DNA of 64,000 nucleotides from an uncultured Myxococcales bacterium (GTDB lineage Bacteria; Myxococcota; UBA727; JABDBI01): NCBI GenBank assembly GCA_964368985.1, contig CAYJDW010000004.1, positions 3,046 to 67,045 of the forward strand, read 5' to 3'. Shown piece by piece: positions 57,335 to 64,000 of this stretch (position 1 is its first letter; each line of letters starts with the position of its first letter). The notes under the pieces were generated by a model. It saw only the letters and a program-made list of their open reading frames with translations, ran no database searches and was not told where the DNA came from. The position numbers and the translations under genes were made by a program.

Positions 57335-57378
57335 TTTTGGCGCTTGACAGTGAAATATGATGTCATAAAACTCCTTTT

Positions 57379-57876
57379 GTGAAAGCACATATAATTAGCA
57401 GTCCAACTCTTCATATAGTCCTCGACCGGCCATGCATTGCCGGCAATATTGCCGCTATCGTACGTATGAGCGTGGCCACGCAGTGCGCCGTCCACGTGTG
57501 CGGCCCACTCATTTTCGACAACGCCGATAAAACTAAATGGCGAGCCGGCCTAGATTATTTTTACGGCGCTCGGCTTCATTTTCATCAGAGTTTAGAGCGC
57601 TGCTTGGCACTCTTAGGGCAAGAGCCTTGGCTTCTCGAAGTGGGCAGTGAGGTTGCACCCTGGAATGTGGCTCTGGTTCGCTCCTCAGTGGTAGTTTTAG
57701 GCCCCGAAACGGGTAGTATCAAAGAAAACATTATTAATCAGTACCATGACCGCCTCATTACCTTGCCGCAAATTGGCCCCGTGCGCTCCTTAAACCTGGC
57801 TCAATGTGCGGCTATCGTTACTTTTGAGGCGATTCGGCAGCAGATGGGTTATGACCTCTTGCTGGATTATGATTAA
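57379..57876 (+). CDS. trmL: tRNA (cytidine/uridine-2'-O-)-methyltransferase TrmL (SpoU family)
   Basis: Small SpoU-type protein. HIVLDRPCIAGNIAAIVRMSVA, VVLGPETGS and SLNLAQCAAIVTFEA motifs. GTG start. Confidence 0.75.
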   Translation: MKAHIISSPTLHIVLDRPCIAGNIAAIVRMSVATQCAVHVCGPLIFDNADKTKWRAGLDYFYGARLHFHQSLERCLALLGQEPWLLEVGSEVAPWNVALVRSSVVVLGPETGSIKENIINQYHDRLITLPQIGPVRSLNLAQCAAIVTFEAIRQQMGYDLLLDYD

Positions 57877-57925
57877 ATAAATACAGTAAAATAATAGATT
57901 TTATTATTTTTTTGCAGTTATTTAG

Positions 57926-59128
57926 ATGGGTGAATTTATGGTATTTTTGGTGTTGAAATATTTATTTATCTTTGGCCTAATTGCTTGTTCATTTGGTGGT
58001 TGCGATGGAGAGTCTGATAGCTCCGATAGTTCCAAGGAGCGACCAAACGCGCCTCACCGACAAAGCCCTGGTAGCCCTCAACTCCCCTCGCGAATTCCCA
58101 GGCCGCCCTCGACGGTCATGAAGATCCTGGCTGATGCAGAGGCTTTAAACGGCAAGGGAGAAAATACCGAATTGTGGGGCAATTTATTAGAGGATTCCAA
58201 AAATTTCGCCACCAATGCTGCCAAGGCCCAGGAGCTTATAAATACCCCTTATCAGGGTTCTTATTTTGCTAATATTATATTTAATAATTTCGTTAAAATA
58301 ATGGGGAAAAATCAAGTCATTCTGTCCAGGGCCGTTTCTCAGCCCCTTTTAGCGGAAATAAAGCGTCTTTTAGAACTTGTTTCTCCATCCACAGCAAACA
58401 CTATTTTGAATCGAGTTGTCGATGGAAATTCTGTTATTTCTGCCGCTTTATCAGGCGGCCATTCTTTCACAGAATTTCTGGATTATGCATCTAAATATCA
58501 ATTGGATTTTGCGAGCCTGTCTCATCAACAGCTAGGCCATTATTTTACAATTTTCCACAAGTCGCCGGAGCGGATAATCTTTGTGGATAAAGCTTTGGTT
58601 GGTACCAATAAAATTAATGATTTTGTTTTGTGGTCGGTAGCCTCGCCAGTAGGTTTGGCCCCCGGAGGCGGAATAAATTACTTATATAAAAATCTGAGCG
58701 CGGCTCGAAAAAAGGATATTAGAAAAACCTGGTTCCAGGAAGCTATTAGGCTGGCCAAGGTTTCAGCACTAGCGAGTAGAGCTGATGGAAGTGAGGTTGC
58801 TAATCTGGCACCTGTAAAGCTTTTGAACTCATTTAATAGTATACTTAACGAAGTTAAATTGGCCGATATGGTGAGCAATGATGCTAATCGTGATGTTAAT
58901 CTCCTAACCTTCACCGTTGATTTACTGAAAGGACCGCTATTCGCGGATCCACGAATCAAGGCACTGGTGAGTAAATTTATCACGACATTCAAATGGGGGC
59001 TAACTAAGGCTGATTACCAGGTTTTGGCGGCCGATGCTTTGGCTATAGCTGCCGGCGCTCAAGGCCTCAATAACCAAGCCGCTGCGCGCGCATTATTGGA
59101 ATGGGATGCGACGGGCATGAATTTTTAG
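57926..59128 (+). CDS. lipoprotein of unknown function with a Pro/Ser-rich linker
   Basis: LFIFGLIAC lipobox, then a PNAPHRQSPGSPQLPSRIPRPPS linker and an alpha-helical-looking body. Its 3' end overlaps convergent purC by 36 nt. Confidence 0.6.
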   Translation: MGEFMVFLVLKYLFIFGLIACSFGGCDGESDSSDSSKERPNAPHRQSPGSPQLPSRIPRPPSTVMKILADAEALNGKGENTELWGNLLEDSKNFATNAAKAQELINTPYQGSYFANIIFNNFVKIMGKNQVILSRAVSQPLLAEIKRLLELVSPSTANTILNRVVDGNSVISAALSGGHSFTEFLDYASKYQLDFASLSHQQLGHYFTIFHKSPERIIFVDKALVGTNKINDFVLWSVASPVGLAPGGGINYLYKNLSAARKKDIRKTWFQEAIRLAKVSALASRADGSEVANLAPVKLLNSFNSILNEVKLADMVSNDANRDVNLLTFTVDLLKGPLFADPRIKALVSKFITTFKWGLTKADYQVLAADALAIAAGAQGLNNQAAARALLEWDATGMNF

Positions 59129-60085
59129 CTGATTGGTAAATTGGGAAATTCTCTCAATCGCACCAAGCTTAGGCGCGCTAAAATCTTGCCCCGTCAACTG
59201 CTCGGTGAGCCTAAAATAACGCTCACCAAGTTCGATGCGAACTTCATCAGTGAGCTGATAATGCTCTAGGCGATGAGGCGCATCGGGTCCCAGAGTAGCG
59301 AGTATATGTTGGCGTAAAAATTCTTTATCGAGCATCATGGGTGGCACTTCGAGTGCCATTTTTTGTTGATAATCGTCGATCAGAAAAAAACGTGATGAAT
59401 CTGATGTGTGGATTTCATCGATCAGAATAATATCATCCCCAAGCATACCAAACTCATATTTAGTATCTACTAAATAAAGTCCGTGGCTTTGAGCCACTTC
59501 ACTGCCAAGCTTGAATAAATTGAGCGCAATGGCGGCGATTTTTTGCCAGTGCTTTTGGGTGAGCAATCCTGAGCTTATTATTTGCTCTGGGCATAAGGGC
59601 AGATCATGCTCGCCCACCGCACCCTTAGTGGTGGGAGTGATAATGGGGGACTCGAGGCGTTCATAATTTTTGAGATTCGGATCAAGCTTTAGCCCATAGG
59701 CTTGGCCTCGAAGATTCTTATCCTCGCGCATGAGAGAGCCCGCCAAAAAACCACGCACAATCATTTCCACTTTGATGGCCTGAGCTTTTTTCACGACGAA
59801 TATTTGTGGGTCGGGTCGGTCAATAAAATGAGTAGGGCACAGCGATTGCACTTGTTTGAACCACCAGTGAGCTTGTTCGCATAAAAGAGCGCCTTTGAGG
59901 GGAATGGTGCCCAAGACCTGGTCAAACGCGCTTACCCGATCGCTGGTAACCATAATCAAATGCTCACCACGCTCGAAAATATCCCGGACTTTGCCCCGGT
60001 AATCGGGCCGTGGGTTTTCTATATTAAAAAGGGCACTCTTTAAGTGCCCTTTTACGATGTCTTTGATGTTGTTCGTGGTTGTCAT
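59093..60085 (-). CDS. purC: phosphoribosylaminoimidazole-succinocarboxamide synthase (long form)
   Basis: YRGKVRDIF, SDRVSAFD, LVDTKYEFG and DEIHTSDSSRF motifs. The ATG at 60085 (MTTTNNIK...) is preferred over the upstream alternative start. Confidence 0.9.
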   Translation of the reverse strand: MTTTNNIKDIVKGHLKSALFNIENPRPDYRGKVRDIFERGEHLIMVTSDRVSAFDQVLGTIPLKGALLCEQAHWWFKQVQSLCPTHFIDRPDPQIFVVKKAQAIKVEMIVRGFLAGSLMREDKNLRGQAYGLKLDPNLKNYERLESPIITPTTKGAVGEHDLPLCPEQIISSGLLTQKHWQKIAAIALNLFKLGSEVAQSHGLYLVDTKYEFGMLGDDIILIDEIHTSDSSRFFLIDDYQQKMALEVPPMMLDKEFLRQHILATLGPDAPHRLEHYQLTDEVRIELGERYFRLTEQLTGQDFSAPKLGAIERISQFTNQLKIHARRIPFQ

Positions 60086-60131
60086 GTCTTTTCCCTCTGT
60101 TTTTGCGAGCCTGCAGGCTGGCAACAAGGGA

Positions 60132-60647
60132 CTATATCCCTTGCAGAATCTCGAACTCGTAAGGTCGATCTTTGTCGTGTCGCTGACGAATAACCATGCG
60201 GCTCACTTCTTTGATCGATACCCATTTTTCGCCTGAGGGTACCTCTGTCAATATCTGTTTATTAAAATAGAAAACCGTTTCATAGGTATCTTTCTCTATT
60301 TTGGCGATGCGCTGAACAAATAAACCAAGCCTAATGTCTTGAATACGAGGAAAGGATTTTTCGAGTTTTTCTTTGAGGCCTAAATAATCCATGTATAAAG
60401 ACGGGTCCTCGGGATTACCCATGTTGTCTTTGAAATCTTTGGCCACTAATTCCATAATGGCGTCGACAGAGCGCTTTTCAATAGCTGCTTTGTATTGCTC
60501 CAAAAAAGTCACCACGCGTTTATTTTCTCTGGTGTCACTAACGTTGGTACTCGGCAGTAGGCGTGGCTTACAGCCCTGCATAAAAAACATTGAACTAATA
60601 AAAACCAATAGCAGGCTCGATTTTACGAAATAATTTGTGCTCTTCAT
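60132..60647 (-). CDS. lipoprotein of unknown function
   Basis: MKSTNYFVKSSLLLVFISSMFFMQGC lipobox. 171 aa. Confidence 0.6.
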   Translation of the reverse strand: MKSTNYFVKSSLLLVFISSMFFMQGCKPRLLPSTNVSDTRENKRVVTFLEQYKAAIEKRSVDAIMELVAKDFKDNMGNPEDPSLYMDYLGLKEKLEKSFPRIQDIRLGLFVQRIAKIEKDTYETVFYFNKQILTEVPSGEKWVSIKEVSRMVIRQRHDKDRPYEFEILQGI

Positions 60648-60813
60648 CTTTTTTCACCTATGCAAGAAATTCTTCATCGATTAACGGTGGTGCAAGGTGA
60701 AGTATGCCACCTATTAGCTCTTCCGCCAATCACCTTTGGGCTAAGATATTTGAGATTTAGATCCAGTTTGGCTTTAGGTAAAACGAATTTTAAAAAGTAA
60801 CGGACAAAGATTC

Positions 60814-62520
60814 ATGCAAAAAAAACGCGCACCGCTAAATTTTCTTCTCTTGGTTTTTCTCTTTCTTTCTTCCTGCGGCGGGTGTCAGAAAAAAACCGGC
60901 CAGGTCAATCAAGAAGCGGAATCTGTCAAAGAGGTGCAGGTCAAAAAATCCATCACCATCGGTATTTCGCAAGAGCCTGACTCTTTATTCATCCCTTTCA
61001 AAGAAATGATTGCCTCTGAAGAGGTTGTGGGCGCCGGTTATTATACTTTGACCTATTTTAATGAGGACTGGATCTTGGTGCCGCTTGCGGCCAAAGAAAT
61101 TCCTTCTAAGGAAAATGGTCAACTTGAGCTCTTTAGCGAAAATGGTGTGGAAAAAATGAGGACCACCTGGCATATCCGGGATGATTTTTTCTGGCCGGAC
61201 GGCAAGCCCTTAACCGCTGATGATTTCGTTTTCACCAACAAGCTCTACATGGACCCCAATCAGGAAATCATTGACCGCACGGTCGTAGAGAAAATTGAAA
61301 AGATGGAAGCCAAAGGCGACGACAAAAAGACCCTCGTCGTGACATGGAAAGAGCCCTATGCTTATTTTCATAATTTTCGCCAACACGAAGCTGTTCCAAA
61401 ACATCTAGTGGAGCCTTTGTACAATCAGGCCCCTGATCAGTTGAAAAAATCCCGTTTTGGTCAGGCACCAGCATTGGCTGGCTCCTACACGATCAAGGAA
61501 TGGGTGCCAGGCTCCCACATCATTGCGGAAAGAAACCCCTACGCTAAGGGTAAATTTGCCCCTGTTCTCGATGAAATTATTTGGCGTATTATTCCTCAAA
61601 CCAATACTTTGGAATCCAATCTAATTTCAGGTACGATCGACGCTATTTCACCAACTGGCTTGACGCTTGATCAAGCTATTCCTTTTGAAGAGCGTCACAA
61701 AAAAGACTTTGATTTTTACTATACCGAAGGCTTGGTATGGGAACACATTGATTTTAACCTCGACAATGAAATCTTGAAAGATCGCCGAGTGCGTCATGCT
61801 TTGGCCTATGGCAGCGATCGAGATGGCATTGCTAAATCTTTGTTCGGTACTCGTCAGCCGATGGCAAATGGCACAGAACCGCCAAAATCGCCATTTTTCA
61901 ACGATGCCATCGCCAAATATAAATTCGATCCCACTAAAGCAAAGGCTTTGCTCGATGAGGCGGGTTGGAAACTTGCCGAAGGGGAAAGTATTCGGATGAA
62001 GGATGGCAAGCCTATGCAGCTCACCATCATGACCACATCGGGCTCAAAGGTTCGTGAGCGGGTAGAGCAGCTCTTACAATCGCAGTGGCGGGAAATTGGG
62101 GTCGACATTCAAATCAAAAATGAACCTGCAAAAGTATTTTTTGGTGAGACTCTACGTAAGCGTAAATGGGATGGCATGGCGATGTTTGCGTGGCTCAAGG
62201 ACCCGGTTAAGCTCTCGGATACTCTATGGCGATGCGATTATATTCCAAGCAGCAAAAATAATTTCCAAGGGCAAAATCAGGCCGGTTTTTGTAATAAAAA
62301 AGCTGATGAACTTTTAAGTCGGGCCTCTCGCGAACTTGATGAGCAAAAACGTATTAAGATTGCTCATGAACTTGAGGCATTGCTTGCTGAAGAGTTGCCT
62401 TCGCTGCCTTTGTATTTTCGTGTAGAAGCGAGTGTCACCAAAAAAGGCCTAAAGAATTGGAAACCGACCGGAACTTTGCAACCCGTCTCCTGGAATGCTA
62501 ATCAATGGACGTGGAACTAA
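60814..62520 (+). CDS. ABC transporter substrate-binding lipoprotein, family 5 (peptide/nickel type)
   Basis: LFLSSC lipobox. The size (568 aa) and sequence pattern are typical of OppA/DppA-like SBPs. A cognate permease follows. Confidence 0.8.
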   Translation: MQKKRAPLNFLLLVFLFLSSCGGCQKKTGQVNQEAESVKEVQVKKSITIGISQEPDSLFIPFKEMIASEEVVGAGYYTLTYFNEDWILVPLAAKEIPSKENGQLELFSENGVEKMRTTWHIRDDFFWPDGKPLTADDFVFTNKLYMDPNQEIIDRTVVEKIEKMEAKGDDKKTLVVTWKEPYAYFHNFRQHEAVPKHLVEPLYNQAPDQLKKSRFGQAPALAGSYTIKEWVPGSHIIAERNPYAKGKFAPVLDEIIWRIIPQTNTLESNLISGTIDAISPTGLTLDQAIPFEERHKKDFDFYYTEGLVWEHIDFNLDNEILKDRRVRHALAYGSDRDGIAKSLFGTRQPMANGTEPPKSPFFNDAIAKYKFDPTKAKALLDEAGWKLAEGESIRMKDGKPMQLTIMTTSGSKVRERVEQLLQSQWREIGVDIQIKNEPAKVFFGETLRKRKWDGMAMFAWLKDPVKLSDTLWRCDYIPSSKNNFQGQNQAGFCNKKADELLSRASRELDEQKRIKIAHELEALLAEELPSLPLYFRVEASVTKKGLKNWKPTGTLQPVSWNANQWTWN

Positions 62521-62548
62521 ATATAACCTCCTTCGTTGAGGCTTATTC

Positions 62549-64000
62549 ATGTGGTATCTATGTCAACGCGGGCTGCAAATGCTCGTCATCTTGGCGGTTT
62601 TGAGTGCGGCATTATTTGGCTTGTTATCGGCGATGCCGGGCAATCCGATCGATCTGCTGATCACGAGTAACCCAAGCGTCAAGCCGGAAGATGTAGTGCG
62701 GCTAAAGAAGTTGCGGGGCTTAGATAAACCTTGGTATGTGCAATATGGCCGCTGGCTGTGGGGCTATCCTGAGCCAGCGCGGCCGCCTGTCTTTTTGGCG
62801 ATGGACGCTCAAAAGGTGCCGCCAGAGCTTCAGGAAGTGAACATCGATTTAAGCGCAAACTTGGTAGATCCAAACTTCGTAGTGGATCCAGGAAAACTTA
62901 AAAGTTGGCTTGACGATCTTTGGCCCGATTGGGGCACATCGGGACTGGCCTACGAGATTAATAAAGATCTAGAAGAAAACGATATCTCAGGCTTTTTGCT
63001 GCACATTGCCAGCCGTGATGTGACTTTACAGGACCGCATTGTCCGTATGATTGAAAAAGAAAGCTCGAAGGCTCTTAAACTTGAAGGTCTGTTGGGGGCT
63101 CGCGCAGAAGGGCTCAATCTGTTGGCAGACCCAAAAAATAGCAGTGAACTATGGTTTAAGGTTACCAACTCTTATGGGCAGGAGAAGGTCGGACATCTAA
63201 GTTTAATCCGCGAATCAACAATTTCAGACCCACCAAAGCTATTGCTGCCCATTGGCACGCGGATCGTGGAGGATGAATCCAAGCCTTTTAGTTTTGATCT
63301 TAATAAATTTTTGGTTGATAAAACTAAAACTGCTATGAGCTATCGCTTACTAGCTGGTGTGGGTGAAATTGATGATCAAGGACAATATCACCATAATTTC
63401 GAGAAGAGCGGTCAAAGTGTTGTTGTGCTTGAAGCGAGCGACCAGTCCGGCATAAAGCAAAGACTTGCTTTTGATATTGAGCACGGCGTCATCGGGCACG
63501 AGCATAAATTTAACCGCGGATTTTTATTCTTTTTTACCGGCGACCAAGGGGCGCTTGGTTTTTCTCAAACCTATAAAAGACCGGTTTATGAACTTCTTTT
63601 TGGCTCTCCTCCCATCTGTGGCGACGGGCGCATTGATGCGGGTGAGACCTGTGACGATGCGAATCATCAAAATGGCGACGGTTGCGATGATAGCTGCTTC
63701 AAAGATAAAGAGAGTCTCCTAAGCAAAGCCAATGCGGCTATTAGCGGCTATCTTATTCGCTCGGGGCGCATTGGTAATACTATCCAGCTTATGCTGCCGG
63801 CTCTTTTGCTTTCGCTTTTAATAGCCATTCCTTTAGGGGTCTTTAGTGCGTATCGGCAATATTCGATCCTCGATTATATCGTGAATTTTTTAGCGTTCGT
63901 CGGTATTTCTCTTCCTGTTTTTTGGTTCGGCATCATGATGATTTATCTCTTTGCTGAAGCCTGGCAGTTGTTTCCCGCGGGCGGGGTGCAGACGCCAGGA
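62549..64000 (+). CDS. ABC peptide-transporter permease (OppB/DppB type), partial, with a greatly expanded periplasmic loop
   Basis: MWYLCQRGLQMLVILAVLSAALFGLLSAMPGNPIDLL...LDKPWYVQYGRWLWGY matches the N-terminus and TM1 of OppB/DppB. The next TM (TIQLMLPALLLSLLIAIPLGVF) appears only about 390 aa later. The frame stays open to the window end, so it is not in the ORF track. Confidence 0.8.
   Translation, partial: MWYLCQRGLQMLVILAVLSAALFGLLSAMPGNPIDLLITSNPSVKPEDVVRLKKLRGLDKPWYVQYGRWLWGYPEPARPPVFLAMDAQKVPPELQEVNIDLSANLVDPNFVVDPGKLKSWLDDLWPDWGTSGLAYEINKDLEENDISGFLLHIASRDVTLQDRIVRMIEKESSKALKLEGLLGARAEGLNLLADPKNSSELWFKVTNSYGQEKVGHLSLIRESTISDPPKLLLPIGTRIVEDESKPFSFDLNKFLVDKTKTAMSYRLLAGVGEIDDQGQYHHNFEKSGQSVVVLEASDQSGIKQRLAFDIEHGVIGHEHKFNRGFLFFFTGDQGALGFSQTYKRPVYELLFGSPPICGDGRIDAGETCDDANHQNGDGCDDSCFKDKESLLSKANAAISGYLIRSGRIGNTIQLMLPALLLSLLIAIPLGVFSAYRQYSILDYIVNFLAFVGISLPVFWFGIMMIYLFAEAWQLFPAGGVQTPG

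Noticed and set aside
1-64000. A search by eye for tRNA, rRNA, tmRNA, SRP RNA and RNase P RNA in the larger intergenic gaps.
   Set aside because: I recognised no cloverleaf-like or conserved-core sequences. Reading by eye cannot exclude small RNAs, so tRNAscan-SE and Infernal should be run.

Overview
This is a 64-kb chromosomal window from a diderm (Gram-negative) bacterium. I recognised no rRNA, tRNA or CRISPR array by eye. All motif matches and counts below are hand readings, not database searches. The backbone is about half G+C (30/60 in the line I counted) and carries ordinary housekeeping genes: ffh, ihfB, methylmalonyl-CoA mutase plus MeaB, thiamine pyrophosphokinase, a DsbA-like lipoprotein, tsaD, ilvA, a HAMP-GAF-GGDEF cyclase, a rhomboid protease, ppiD, mreB-mreC-mreD-mrdA-rodA, pyk, skp-lpxD-fabZ, lysS, a single LolC/E-type permease plus lolD, gltS, lipA, an NSS transporter, lipB, sucCD, gltX, ndk, trmL, purC and a family-5 peptide ABC importer. 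Six accessory segments stand out. (1) An AT-rich islet at about 12.7-17.9 kb starts at a serine-recombinase fragment. It carries a tightly coupled, extremely divergent NuoA/B/C/D-like four-gene module with no other complex-I genes, an Smr-domain lipoprotein and a cysteine-ladder repeat lipoprotein. (2) A 3.4-kb single-gene insertion sits in the 3' end of rodA and is bracketed by two diverged copies of the rodA terminus. It encodes a 1063-aa lipoprotein-signal protein with at least 23 in-register 17-aa RGFD repeats and a C-terminal domain that reads like a eukaryotic HECT ubiquitin ligase. (3) Three tandem paralogous genes encode small secreted proteins with a shared signal/acidic leader; two of them have Gly/Tyr/Trp-rich tails. 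(4) A peptide-ABC permease has a periplasmic loop expanded several-fold and contains a Myxococcus-type Cys-rich repeat. (5) At least four families of palindromic MITE/REP-like intergenic elements are present. (6) Several orphan secreted proteins and lipoproteins are scattered through the window. Taxonomy cannot be fixed from the sequence. The Myxococcus-type Cys repeat and the single Lol permease weakly suggest a Myxococcota/Bdellovibrionota-like lineage.
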